From: Takakia lepidozioides
Taxonomy: Eukaryota > Plantae > Bryophyta
DNA length: 64,000 nucleotides
Assembly: GCA_030704615.1 (NCBI GenBank)
Contig: CM060734.1
Coordinates: 16,740,001 to 16,804,000, forward strand
Reading direction: 5' to 3'
A program made the position numbers and the translations under genes. Below are positions 1 through 19,130 of the stretch, one piece after another. Each line of letters starts with the position of its first letter. Position 1 is the first letter of the stretch. The notes below the pieces were generated by a model, which was not told the origin of the DNA, searched no databases, and saw only the letters and a program-made list of their open reading frames with translations.

Positions 1-990
1 ACAGCAGATGGCATCAGCAGCTTAGGCAGCAGCAGTATCCACACTTGCAACAGGAACTGCAAGCTTCAAGAAATCAAGACAAGTGAAGACCCTCACCTGT
101 GCCCGTCCCAAAAACCACCACATAGCGATGTGTGTTAGTGAGGATGCAGCAGGTAAGTGGCAGGTCTTCACAGTTGCTATCCATGTCAGTGTTGAATTCT
201 AAAGCAAGTACAGATCACAATTCAAGCAATGGTAAACTCAAAAAACCTTGAGTGTTTGTGGTATGCCCTGCGCCATGGCGTCCAACAGATTGTCTCCAAC
301 AGAACGCAATCAGAGTAGAAGCGTTCACAGCTAGAGAGTGGCTCATACACGAAGAGAGAGCAACAAGTAATATGTAGATAAATAGGGATAGAGTACTTCC
401 CAACAAGGAGTAAAAGCGCCGCTGCAAAATAAAGAACCATGAGTTCCTGATCAGAGCAATCACGGCTTTGTCGTCTGCCATAGAAGAATCTGTTTAACCA
501 CCACTGCGCATCCCAAGAGCCAGCAATCACGAGTACCATGTAGCATCAGGGGAGCAGGTTTATACGGCGCATCATCAAGGTTCACTGAAGCACGAGTTCA
601 GTGCTTGAAGTGTGTCGGCCTGCTTAGGGCAAAACTTCCCGATTTTTCATCCAGGATGGATGAAATATCACATTTTACCAAGATAGGCATTTTGTCACTG
701 GATGACATCCCATAGAAATGTATCTTTTAGGGTTATGGTATAGGTTTAGGTTTAATAACTGCCATCATTTATGATGGTAGTTTTATTACTCTCTTGGATT
801 TTATAATAGGTAACCATTATTTATGTAGATCATCCAGTTTAGATGAAAAAAATAGATGGTAACTCTAGCTTTCTGTATATTAAGTTTCATCATCCAATAA
901 AATAAAATCATCCAGATTTGGATGAAAAAGGCATGAAAAAACTAAATAACCTCAAAAGGTTAAGGCCAGATGAAATCCAAAGATTTATAG
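1..990. mobile_element. LTR-like repeat remnant, related to the LTR-like region at 51308-52650
   Basis: AAGTGAAGACCCTCACCTGTGCCCGTCCCAA (81-111) resembles AAGTGAGGATCCTCACCTGGTCCCATCCCAA (~51577). TAGGGCA..CCCGATTTTTCATCCA (~625-653) recurs at ~52113-52139. Both regions are followed by telobox-like and TTCATCC/GGATGAA-rich DNA in the same order. Boundaries are approximate. Confidence 0.55.
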
Positions 991-1299
991 AGGGAGAGGG
1001 AGAGAGGGAGAGAGAGGGACCCACCAGCCAATCCCCTGGCATGGCAGAACCTTACGGAGTAAGTGTGGTATGCACTCACCCCGTAAGGGAGTGCATACCA
1101 GACCTCTTCTCATAAGGTTTTCCCTTCCATGTAGTTCTATCCTCAGATAATATTTATCCAAAGGAGTAGAATCCTACATCCTCACTTCCTCGGATCAAGA
1201 ATGAAATGATGGCATAAAATGTATCATAGCAACACTAGTATAGTATCACTTAGAAAAGAACGTAGAGTTCAATGGTATAACATAGCTCTGTATAGGTTT

Positions 1300-3534
1300 T
1301 TAGAAAGTACCTTTCAGTTTCTCAATAAGCTCTTGTAAAGGGAAGAGCAGGCCAGGGAATGAACCACGTTCAAGGAATTTTGTCAAGATACGAGCAAGTT
1401 TTCTGGTCTTGAAACCATTCCTCCCAAGAGTGTTAATCAGACACTCCTTCCCAGCCAGATCAGCATTGCTGGAAATGTATAGAATAGGCACAGCTTGTGA
1501 AATCACAATGTTGTAAGATTGATTCACAGGCCTATTGGATAAGAACTGGATATATTGAGTGTAAGAGAAAGGAAGTAGTCTTCTCTTGTCATATTTCTGG
1601 AAATGGAACTCACATGTGTCACAGTTTGAGACTGTAATCTGGATATTCATGAAACAAGCTTCCAACCCCACGTATTGGGAATCGTTTTTAGTACGTAGTA
1701 GCTCAGGTTTGATCTCCACTACATTGAGTAGGTAGATCCACCAAGGGTTGTTGCTGCTTATGTCTGCCCGTGGGTCCAGGAATAGCATTGCATCACCCAC
1801 ATTTAGCCAGCATATATCATCAATGTATCTGAAGGCAGATTTAAACATAGGCATAAGCTGGAATTGTCCTAAAGCTGCAAGCCTTAAGATGAATTTGATT
1901 TCATAAGAAAGGAAGTACATGTTGCACCATAATGGTGAGCATGAAAAACCCATAGGTATTCCAGAAATCTGCTGCCATACACGGTCCCCTAAGGCGACAA
2001 AACAGTGTGACATAAGCCATTTGTGGAGCATAAATAGTTTGACTTCAGAAAGTTCAATCCAGGTACCTGATTTTGGGGAAGACGTGCCCCATCTACTTTT
2101 TCCGAAAGTACCATTTTTGGCTGGAATCCATAGAGTATGACGTGCTCGGGGTGAGACCGATGGTGTTGCTGGAGTGCAATCTTCACCACGTATTCAATGG
2201 CGTCCCCTAAGTTATCCTGTCCTGTCAAAGGTATGTTCTCATAGCATTGTGTAATGTCAGCAACAAAGATGTTATGGACTTTTTCAGGCAGGTTTAGTGT
2301 AAAGTCAGTGATGGAATCAATAATCCAATACATAGCAGTAGATACTTTGAAAAATTGCTCATAAGTATCCAGCCTTGTCTTGGCCCATTCTTTTACCAAT
2401 GGTAGAAGATCCATGGTAGCCCTTGTAAGAAGGCTAGCAAGTTCACTGAAAACACATTTATGGGCATTGGTAATCCATCTGTATTTTTTCTTATGTAGCT
2501 TGTAGATTCCCATAATGTAAGGTAATCTACAGGAGGGAGCAGGTATCTCCGGAATCAGACTCTGTATTTCCACGGAAATGTTTCCTAGAACAAGGTCAGG
2601 TGGCAGCCATACCTCAGCTTGCTTGCATGGTGTAAAGTCTTTACCCATCAATCTGTGGAAGGCTTGAGTTCTTATGTGCTTCACACACATAAAACATACG
2701 TTGTTGTTAGCCTTGTCAAGACCAGAAAAATACAGGTGATTGAGAAGCCATGAAAGTTCATCTTTTGCCTCCTTTACAGTAAGAGGATTGCGCTCATGGT
2801 GAGTGAAGTCGTACCTTCCTCTGCCGGCTTTTTGTTTCAATCTATCCCAGCATGTGTTTTTTACCCATTGGCTGCAGGATGCTGCCCAAGATTCACATGG
2901 GTCTATATGTAAAATTTCACAGGTTCTATGAAAAGCCAGACACTTGTTCAACAACGTCTTTCAGCAAAGTACGTTTGAGAGGGATGTGATTCATATCTAG
3001 GCTGAATAGTTCTTTCAGCCTTGCGTGTCTAATAATATTTAGGTCCATGGTACGTACGTGTTGCGTAGGTGTAGAACCAGATAGATGGAATTCTGTTTTT
3101 GTATCCGCATCCCGAAAATCATGAAACCTCTTGGCACTGTCACATAGACAATCTGGTGAGTGAATCAGGTCTTGCATAAAACAAAAATCACGGAAAACAG
3201 CAGCAGGCTGATAGTATTCAGAGCTGCTTTGTTTATGATATGTCCATCCAAAGATTATCTCATCGATGAGAATAGCCAAGTCATTTTGTCCAAATTCCAA
3301 AAAAGCTTCTTTTATCAAGTTCCTAGGGTTTATCCACTCCATACCACGGTTTGGGTACAACATATGAATGAATCCCAAGGGAACAGGTTTTGCTGCGTGT
3401 TTTATGAATTTCCTGCCATGGGCATGAGTTTCAATTTGTCTACAACCATCCTCAAGACCAAACAACGCATCTGCACATGCAAAGTAGAGGAACATACCAA
3501 AAATGAGATTTTTAAAGATCTGTCCATGATCCAA
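1300..3534 (-). mobile_element. Penelope-like retroelement (Naiad/Chlamys-type) reverse transcriptase, frameshifted
   Basis: Three overlapping ORFs (2926-3534, 1989-2954, 1300-2031) join into one PLE-type protein. Motifs in order: CxC (DCLCDS) plus HVRTMDLNII, PLE motif DKANNN, RT motifs ADITQCYENIP, QISGIPMGFSCSP and FRYIDD, then PLE-like thumb YDKR...SN.P...Y...ISQ. No C-terminal GIY-YIG. The element probably spans ~1020-4260. Confidence 0.8.
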
Positions 3535-4261
3535 AATCTCGTTTGCAATTACCCACAGTCCAAGGATTACTCCTCTCGTCCACCTCCTCTACTCCTAATC
3601 TATTAAGCCCTCCCCCCTTATCCACTTGGCCTATCATAGCCTATACCACTCAAATGACCACACAATCTCCCAACCTTTACATACCCACTTGTCTGACAAC
3701 CCTGCACCCACAACGCACCACCTCACACCGCCATTGGATGCCCAAGTGTATTCTCGACGCACCAACAGCCCCCGTGACCATTTCTGCACAACATCAACAC
3801 ACCATCATTCCCCTCCACAAGGCCATAATTCACTACGCTACACTCCCATCAAAGCACTGCTCTCCCACCTCATACGAACGCCGCTCAGGCTTTTACTCGA
3901 AGTTGGCGGCGTTTCAAAACCCCCCCATGCCATGCCCAAAGTTCAAAAAGCTACCCTGCATGCTGCTGCAACCCCCCGGCCGCACGAAACGCACACATTA
4001 AACTCCACTATAATTAAGCTCTGTTACACTAACCGTCCATTAACACACTGCCTTCACCACGATGCCTATATTACTTGCCCGTTCTCGTTAGCCATCCACC
4101 CCGCCACCTTCTCTCCTCACTCGCTCTCTTCTCTGCACCACAGTCCCAGAGTCCCAGAGTCTTCCGCTCTCTGCCTCTTTCTCTCTCCACTATGCTTCAG
4201 TACTTCACACTCACTCTCTCCCAGACTACACCCTCACATTTTTGTGTCCCAGCTCTCAACC

Positions 4262-5115
4262 CATAAGAGCAAAGAGTTGAAATGGACCCGAAGCTACATT
4301 ATCTTGAGTAGTGGCAGCATTGGCTTGAGCCTTGTAATGTCGTTTTCTCTATCACGTTTGCGTTTTTTTCAATTAGGGGATATGTGCCCTTTTGCCCGCA
4401 AACAGGCTTTCTCTAGGTGACAGTTGAGCACTGGAATTACTAGAAGAAGCTGCCATCTGAAAATTATTATTATCTCCATTGGGTGGTCCAAATGGTTTTC
4501 TAGTTCCCTTGAACTTGCCTATTTGTCCAGCAAACAAAGCTGAAGGTTTACCATTAGAACTATCCGTGTGTCTCATAATGGCCTCTTGCAAAACCTTACC
4601 AATCAAATCGGCAAGTGTTTGGTTTGCAACACTTCCTTGAGTGGTAATAAATGGCCGCCATGAAGGAGGCAATGCCGCATGAAGCATAGTGACATGTAGT
4701 GCTTCAAGGATTACTAGCCCTGCAACTGAAGCATCATCTAGCGCTCCTTGCCAATTTTCCAAGAACTCTTTTACAAATTGGGACTCTCAAAGAGTAAGCA
4801 TCATAATACGTCTATGCATGCCAACTTGGGATGCACTATCCGTGTGTTCATAGATAGATTTTAGTTTAGCCCAAACTACTCTGGAAGTTTCAAGAGATCT
4901 TACTAATTGAATCTGACGATCAAGTCTTTTATCTTCCAAGTAGCTTGAAGTGCGGCATCAGCCACACCGGGGTCAGGGTTAGTACCGTCAACCACTCCCC
5001 AGAATTCAGATCTCATTAAAAGCATTTCCATTTTGATGGACCAAATGGAATAGTTAGTACTACTGAGGTGATCAATTTGATACGCCCTTGCTGCAAGGAA
5101 AGAGGGAGCAGCCAT
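4262..5115 (-). pseudogene. Ty1/Copia gag fragment (UBN2-type N-terminus to decayed zinc knuckle)
   Basis: MAAPSF...LSSTNYSIWSIKMEMLLMRSEFWGVVDG; LHAALPPSWRPFITTQ...TLADLIGKVLQE; decayed C..C....GHISPN* knuckle. Frameshifted and truncated at ~4262. Confidence 0.85.
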
Positions 5116-5181
5116 GGGGAATCTTTGTCGTTGGACCAGACCTAGCCAATGGCAGAGCTTTGGCTCTTGCCCTTCCAATCC

Positions 5182-5338
5182 TGTTAATTTCATACAAATT
5201 GAGCAAATACATGGTCCGAGGTCGCAAGATACGACTTATCATCTACCCTCTTCCGCCAAGACTTGGCCTGTTTAGCAGGACGGTCTTGCTTCCAAGAAAT
5301 AGCGTCAATCGCTGTGTATCCGACGTGTGTGTGTGTGT

Positions 5339-5370
<32 letters not shown>

Positions 5371-5534
5371 CATGAAAGCTAGGATGCAGGAGAGGAAAAG
5401 TGTCAGTGGAATAACAGGAAGGATTATGATACGTCCAACAGCAATGACCACTAATCCGCACACTATACACTCAGAAATCAGCTACTGCCCTTCACTGACA
5501 TTTTCATGGCCTAAAGCACACCTTCTGGCTTAAT
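5182..5534 (-). mobile_element. Putative 5' LTR of the Copia element (contains a GT/GA microsatellite)
   Basis: On the + strand it starts TGTTAATT about 65 bp upstream of the gag ATG and has LTR-like composition. The right boundary is uncertain. Confidence 0.5.
5325..5370. repeat. (GT)n(GA)n microsatellite
   Basis: gtgtgtgtgtgtgtgagagtgagagagagagagagagagagaga is directly visible. Confidence 0.95.
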
Positions 5535-5783
5535 AGAGTGCCCAAGTTCCTCATGAATGTAGTTCCCACCCTACAACTGCCACAACTGCCGTTTCCGTTG
5601 GAAACCAGCTCTCCTGCCAAGCAATGCAGGACCAAGTCAAGGTCTCTGGCTACGGGCAAAGCTCTAGCCAATCGGGCACACACACTTTATAAAGAAATCA
5701 TTTATGCAATATGTCCCCCTTTGACAAACCTCAGTAGCCAGTCATCCAGCACTTCCTCATAGTCTTATGCCAAAGTAGCAACT

Positions 5784-12598
<6,815 letters not shown>

Positions 12599-12908
12599 TC
12601 TCTCTCAATCTCTCTCCTTTTCCCAAACTTCCTTTCCTTCCCCTTCCCTTCCCCAAACTCTTCTCCGCTCTCACCCCTTCCTCTTACCTCTTCCTAAATT
12701 CAGTTCTGACTGGCTCCTGTGATCTGAGTGATCCTTCAACTGACCCTCCCGTTCAAACCACCCCAATTTGTGGACGTGACTGCCCCCTCTAATCCGACTC
12801 ACAAATTTCTTCACTGGGCCCTCGGAAAATCTGAGGACAATTCCATGCCCATTGCAACGTAAACAAGCCTGGGCCCTACCTCCTCTGCCAGTTCCCCGGT
12901 TTCCTACC

Positions 12909-12918
12909 GCCACGTGTC
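12909..12918. promoter_or_regulatory. G-box/ABRE-like motif (GCCACGTGTC) upstream of the AGPase gene
   Basis: CACGTG core at 12911-12916, about 310 bp upstream of the ATG and beyond a CT/GA-rich 5' leader. Function is not demonstrated. Confidence 0.35.
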
Positions 12919-14189
12919 CGCTCCGCCGCTGCCATCCTAACAACAGAGTTACCTCGATACTAGAGCCCCGGGTTGTTTTAATCCCATTTGATTCGTGCGC
13001 TACCGCAAAACCACTCCGTTAGCTAACGATGCATCATAACGAAAGAAAATGTAACAAAATGGTGCGCCATGCGAAGGGAAAGGAGAGAAAAACTGCGTGC
13101 TTTATGCTCACGTTTTGCAGGTCATGTGTGCTAGGGATTTGAGCCCTCGCTGACCCAACCCTAAGTGGTGCCCACCGCGTAAGCCGGTACGGTGACTGGA
13201 CCAAAGTACAGAAGGGTCACTCTGGCAGCCAATAATTGGCCGGATATCGACTAATATCGGGCTGCCACTTGGCAGCGTGGCCCCGACAGTATCGCCGCAC
13301 TAACCGACTTCATTGCGCCTTTCGCCAAATTCGTAATTACTATCCCTATTTTTTATTTTTTTTATTTTTTATTTTTAATAAAAAGGCGTTGGCCAATTCA
13401 TTAATTTTTGGGGAAAAATTAACCCCATTGATGCCATAAGGCACCTATTTATCTTTTTTGTATATTAATTGTTTCGCATTATTCATTCGCATTATTCGAA
13501 AAGATAATTAGAACAAAAACTTAGATATGACGTAATTTGAGTTGGATGTACGGTCGAAAGTGGTGGTCAAAATCGACCCGTCTCGCATTGGCTGCCACTT
13601 GTCCTTTCAGTATCATTCCAATCTACCAGTAATTCAAATCAATTAAATATATTCGAACAGAACTTACCAGTACGGTACTGTTACAGAACCGACTAGAAAC
13701 GTATGTAAATTACTTACCAGTAGAAGTTGTACGACTGGCTATAGCCAGTCGATGAGGATATTCCCCAGAGGAAACGGATCTAAAAAGGAAGAATAAATTT
13801 GAGATTTCAAAAATATAAATGAAATTTTAAATAGCTGGGCCAAATGAGAGGCTGCCATTGCAGCGTGAAATTGTGGTGGGTGCGAGTTGGAGTATGTGCT
13901 CTCCCGTAACCTTACGTCCAGAGGTTTGGACAGTAAGTTTTTTATTTTTTTTTTTTTTTTTTTAAGGAACAGGGGATGGACCGGGAGGCCATGGGGATTT
14001 ATTAGCAAGCGGCTAGTCGCGTAATGGCTCCACCCTAATCACAAAACTGAAATGGTAGTGCTGGCGGTCCTGATAATAATGAATTAGATAAGATTGAATG
14101 TGGAAGTCATTCTGATAAAAATGAGAGAAAATGAATATAATAGAACTAAAGGGACTGAACGGGGGACTGAATAATAATCAAACTAAATA

Positions 14190-14365
14190 AAAGGAAAAGA
14201 AAGTATGACGCCTCCCCAAGGGAGCGTAACTTATGGTGTCTCTTCACCACAAGGGCTACTGCTAGCTGAAAGGTGGACACCTTCATGACACCGTGGTTTG
14301 AACCCACAACCACATCCAACATGGTATGTGCCCATTACCACTGGGCTACATGCTGGTTGTCGATT
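14190..14365 (-). mobile_element. tRNA-derived SINE with T-rich tail
   Basis: Minus strand: A-box TAGCCCAGTGGT (14337-14348), B-box GGTTCAAACC (14295-14304), 3' tail TACTTTCTTTTCCTTT. Flanked by a 10-bp direct repeat AAACTAAATA (14180-14189 and 14366-14375). Confidence 0.65.
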
Positions 14366-15031
14366 AAACTAAATAGATAAATCTGAAGGGAACTGAATAT
14401 AATAAATAGTCTCCAATAATCATTCAGGGGGAGAAAAGAAAAGAAAAAGGACGGAGATGGAGCTCCGCGTTCTGCGGAACGACGCTCCAACGGCCTCTTC
14501 GTCTCTCCCGATGTTTGCCGGCCCTCCTTGCTTTGCTTGTTTGCTTCTTCTTACTTATTTTTTCCTTCTATCAACTTGGGCTATTCAACAGCTATCTATC
14601 GATAGGAAATTCTCTTGGTGTCTCCAAAAATTCCAGTTTCACCATCTATTGCAATTTCTGATTTCAGACAGGTTTGTCTCTGAGTCTCATTTGTCTCTAT
14701 AGTAAGAAACTTCCTAAGATTTATCACAGGGTAGCGTTAGAGTCACTATCTACTAGCGGCGCGATTGCCCTTATTCTACCTCCATCATGTCGTCCCTAAT
14801 TAATAGAACTGTCAACCTTGTCGAGTGAGTTGCCGCTCTTTCGGACTCTCCCTGGCGGCTATGTCTCAGTTCTATCGTGTGAGTCTCCTCTGCTTCGTTG
14901 CCACGTAGTCCCTTGATGAGTCTCCTCTGCTTCGCTGTTGCGTAGTCTCCTTGTCTCCACAGCTCCAGTGTGCTCCTTCAATTGACGCCATGGCTCCATC
15001 CTGAATTGCTCGTCCTTAGCTCAACGATCTT

Positions 15032-15640
15032 GTGGATCCCAAATATCAACAGGATACTACGGTACAAGCGTTTCCAATGCGGAGAAGGCAACAACCCACG
15101 TCTGGGACCGATTTCTTCATGGCGCACCAAGCGCAAGCACGTTTTGGTACCGCAAGGGGTTCTGTGAGACCTCCTTCTCTTCCCTTCCCGGTGGACCCCA
15201 ACTCACCCCCGCAGCCTCTTTCCAAGTTCCCCAGGATAGATCCACCCTCTCCCACTCCCCACTCGGATGAGTGGTCGGAAGGTGCGATTCTCTGCCAGGA
15301 AACAATGAGTAAGGGGTCTCCTCTTATTTCCATGGACATTCAGGATCTGGACAATCGTGTGGCCTCCATGGAAGAACATGGCATCCTCCTTCATTTCCCT
15401 GGTAGGAAAGTTAGCAGAGCGTACGTCAGAGATTGGGGGATTAGGCACTTGAGAGGTTCTGGTGAACTCAGGCAGCATTTCTGCCATGCGAAAAGAAGAG
15501 GCTTCTATTCAATTGTTTTTGAAACTGCTGAAGCTGCACAACAGGCGATGTCATTCGATCCCCATACCGTAGGCCTCAATGTCAACATATTTCCATGGTC
15601 GTCTAGGATGGGGAACAGGTATGAGACAGAAGCGGAGGGG
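15032..15640 (+). pseudogene. L1-type LINE ORF1 fragment (DUF4283/RRM-like), copy 1
   Basis: EEHGILLHFPGRKVSRAYVRDWGIRHL...GFYSIVFETAEAAQQAM...NIFPWSS, near-collinear with the copy at 23500-24600. Preceded by a CT-rich 5' leader (~14450-15030). A possible ORF2 C-terminal remnant lies at ~16230-16790. Confidence 0.75.
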
Positions 15641-16807
15641 CGGGAAGGAAAGAATCCACTTATCCTTTAGTGTTGATTGAATGGTGGTCCAATCAAAACC
15701 GCCAGAGTGCTTAGAACAAATAAGCGAAGGCACGAGCTTCCACGCAAGGGGGTCTAGGGGGAGAGAGAAGCTTGGTAGGCATCGAGAAGCAGACGACTCA
15801 GCCGGCAAGACACCGAAAGGAGGCGGAGTGGAGTAAAAACGATGAGTGCTTGCAGTTCTGGTCGGGGGGAGAGAGGAGGGGAGGAGGGGTTTGTCAAACA
15901 GGGGAGAGCACATGCCATCATGTATCTCAATGCGAGATCATTAGTGACGCTGTAAGGAGGGATTGAGTACGACAAAACAGTTGAAGGCAGGGATTCGAGG
16001 TGCAAGGCACGAGGCAGGATGAACGAATGAGGACGAAAGTGATGAGAGCCAGAATCAAGAGTAATGAGTAGGGGGAGTGGTAGAGGATCATGACAAGAGG
16101 ATGAACACCATCCTAGAGAGAGGGGGGAGGATGGACAGAGGGCCAGAGTAGAACGTAGGTCGCAAGCGATGATGAGGGGACTTGTCGCGGCTAAGTCCCT
16201 GCTCTCCTCACCGCGACATGCAGAGCCCCCCCCCCCACCAATCTATTGGGGTCGTCGAGGCTCTTATTTCAGTAAGTTATTTTGGACAGTGAAGCAATTG
16301 TCCCACTGCACTTCAAAAAAACAATATTCTTGTCGAGGTTTTGTTATTTCCAGGGGCACACATGATTGGATGTTGGGGAAAGGGATTCAACGCTATGGGA
16401 ACTGTGTCTGCAAGGGAATGGCGTCTGTGTGTGGAGCACCTTCATCGCATTCCCTGAAGTCACCTCTTATGATAGAACCAATGTTGTCCACATCTTTCAC
16501 TGCAATCACCACATTCCTACACGTACCTTGGGCAGCTTCCCACCAATTCAAGATTGGCCATACCTCTCTTTATTTGAGTATTGTACACAATTGCAGCACC
16601 ACGCCTAGCAAATTACATGAGATTGGGCTGGGGAACCACCCCCCTCGCGAGGTCGTTGCCTTTCCAGCATGTGACTCTTCCTGGCTCTCATCTATTTAGT
16701 ACTTTTGACAAGTGTGGGGATTGAGCAGTTCATTGACTTGTATTGTAGCATTGGCGTTCTCCTTTTTGTTTTTTTTTGTTTTTTTTTTTGAGAAGTCGGC
16801 ACAGATT

Positions 16808-17059
16808 TCCGACTGTCTATTTTCCATTTTGCCCATGCGGGTATAGGTGGTACACCTTCTAATACCATATATTCAGTCATCTTTAGAGATATAACTTTGG
16901 TCCTTCAGCTTTGCTCGTTTCTCGAACCTATCTCGAACCTGGAATCTGGCTTCGGGTTTGCTTCGGGGTAGGTTCGAAAACTCTGCTCATGGCTCATGGC
17001 TCATGGCTCGTCTGCTCATCGCTCATGGAAAATACAGACCCATGATATGGACAGTCTGA
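16808..17059. mobile_element. Possible small MITE with GCTCATG tandem units
   Basis: Imperfect terminal inverted repeat TCCGACTGTCTAT / ATGGACAGTCTGA (11/13). Internal GCTCATG repeats at ~16985-17028. TSD unclear. Confidence 0.35.
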
Positions 17060-17329
17060 TTCCCCCCCCTCACTGCATTCTACTCTCGTCACTCTCCCCC
17101 CACCCTACTTTCTCTCCCTTGCTCTCCCATTTTCCGCTCCCTACTCGTCTCTGGTGATCCACTCCACCTCCCCTTGCGTATACTATGGCCTCCTTTGACT
17201 ATGTCGTTCTTGCAGCCTCTACTTATAGAAACAACGCTAGACGTCAATACGGGGCTGGCAGATCATGACAATGGGGATCTAACAGGAGGGGTCTTCGTCG
17301 GGTCCTTGAGTTCTTGGCTCCTGTCCGAG

Positions 17330-18200
17330 CTTCCTTGTCTCTTCCAATGCTCCGGTGGTATCCTAGAGTGAAGAAGCGGGACCTATTGATGAGTCTCAAG
17401 CGGTGCTCTCTCTGGATATGGACATTATCAAGGAACGTTCCCAACTGCTTTCTGAATAGGGGGTCCTCATCCACTTCCCATAGAATTAGGATTGTCTGGG
17501 CTCGCAAATAGGCCATCGAGCACCTTGGAGCGGATGGTGGACTCACCTCGCATAATTGCTTGCCTCTTGGGCAAGGATTCTTTTCTATCATGTTTACCTC
17601 GCCTGTGCATGCAGAACGAGCCCTCAACTTTAATGTTAGGCACTCTAAGCATAGGGTCCATATCTTTCCTTGGTCTTCCGAGTGGGGTCATAGGAATGGT
17701 GTGACTTGCAAACCAAGGGTTTTGGCTCTCCGCTTCCTTCCCGGCAAGTATCTCTGCTCTCTCCCAAAGATAGGAGCGCACTTTGGTTCCTACATTGTTT
17801 TGAGTAGGTGGAACTGGATCCCCTCAGTGTTGACAACGACCTTCTGTCCTACGATGCTCAGCATGATGGGGGGGGGGCCACAAATAGTGGTGATGGTGCC
17901 AGAGTCGGCTTCTATTTGTTCCTTGATCAAGATGCCTACCCTGGATAAAAAAAATTGTGTATGTTCTTGTCAAGGAAATCATCCTGCCATTATTTGCAGT
18001 GGCCATTATTTGCCATCACTGCCATGCTGAGGGACATGTCAAAGATGACTGCCCGTTCTTAATCTTGACTCCCCCGATCTCTGCTATTCCTGCTGTGGGA
18101 TTGAATGTTCAAGATAAGGAGAAGACCCCTTCCAGGAAAAGGTCGGAGATATCTCATTCAACTCTTCCTCCCTCAAAATGACTCAGAGGGGAAGTTCTTC
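17330..18200 (+). pseudogene. L1-type LINE ORF1 fragment with CCHC knuckle, copy 2 (more diverged)
   Basis: GQGFFSIMFTSPVHAERAL...HIFPWSSEWGHRNG...LPKIGAHFGSY, then ICHHCHAEGHVKDDCP. Several frameshifts. Confidence 0.75.
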
Positions 18201-18437
18201 TAATTTCCCTTTCCCCTGTAAGTCCAAGAGTCTTTCTGCTTCCTTCTAGTTCTCTTGTCTCTCCTGTCTCTTCGGCTAAACCAGAAGATACCCCGACTAT
18301 TTTCCCTCTTGCTATTCCAGATGGAAACTTGGCCACATTCTGCCTTCAGTTAAAATCGTTTGCTGATGTCTCTCTTCATGACGCTTCTCCCCTGTGTGGG
18401 AATTAGGCAGTTGCCATTAACATGTCTCCAATTCTCT

Positions 18438-19130
18438 TTAGCTTTCCTGATGGGACTCAGGTGGGACTCCCTCTATTCTCCTAACTGGAGTCAATAAGTT
18501 CTCCACTGCATGGATCACTAAGAAAGACGTCCGTTCGCTGTGCAAGTTGTTGAGTGTCGCAAGATTCCTTTCGGCAGTGCACAGAGAATCAAAGGTCTGT
18601 GGGCCTACTGCTCCAGATTTGATACACCATTGACAATGCGCAATGCATTTTAGAAGGGCACGTTCTTTCCTATGCCTTTCCAAGGCCGTAGATCTGGAAA
18701 TGGACTGGGTTGTTTTCCTGATTGCCTCCCATTTTTTAAGGGATTTTAAAGCGGGAGATTGAGCCGAATTCCTAGAAGATGGCCACACTTTGGCCAGTAC
18801 TGTTATAAAATATGGAGACAAGATAATATCATGGTTGAGCTTGAAAAAGCTCAGGGACGGCACAAGTGAAGAAACCGATGTTGTCTAACATGAAGCAGTT
18901 TGATGTGTCGGACCCCATTTTCCAAGATACTACAGGCAGCACAATAATTTCGCGTTGGATTGCAAAGTACTATGCCCCTTTGTTTGAGAGCAACATCTTC
19001 AAACTTACTGTGGTAAGTCTCCAGACCCCAATGCTTTCCAAAGAATGCTACTAGTGGATTTCTCGAAACTGCCCATGTCCAAGTTGTTTCTGTCCCTTAG
19101 CAGGTGTCAGTTATTTACATGACCATTCTC
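18438..19130 (-). pseudogene. LINE ORF2 fragment (end of the APE endonuclease and the following helical linker)
   Basis: FFKLNHDIILSPYFITVLAKVW...KKWEAIRKTTQSISR resembles the post-endonuclease FKLN/W segment of plant L1 ORF2. Heavily decayed. Confidence 0.5.

Noticed and set aside
1100-1300. Hammerhead ribozyme in the PLE 3' region
   Set aside because: A CTGAGGA..GAAA-like pair exists on the minus strand, but I could not form the required stems.
3543-4420. Long + strand ORFs (152 and 264 aa)
   Set aside because: His/Pro/Thr-rich translations of CA-biased DNA antisense to retroelement sequence; no domain signal.
13218-13866. MITE bounded by CAC...GTG with GGCAGCC repeats
   Set aside because: The termini align poorly and there is no TSD. 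It is likely transposon-derived (it shares a segment with 21400-22708), but I cannot support boundaries.
14285-14360. Functional tRNA gene
   Set aside because: A and B boxes are present but there is no convincing cloverleaf; the TSD and tail indicate a SINE.
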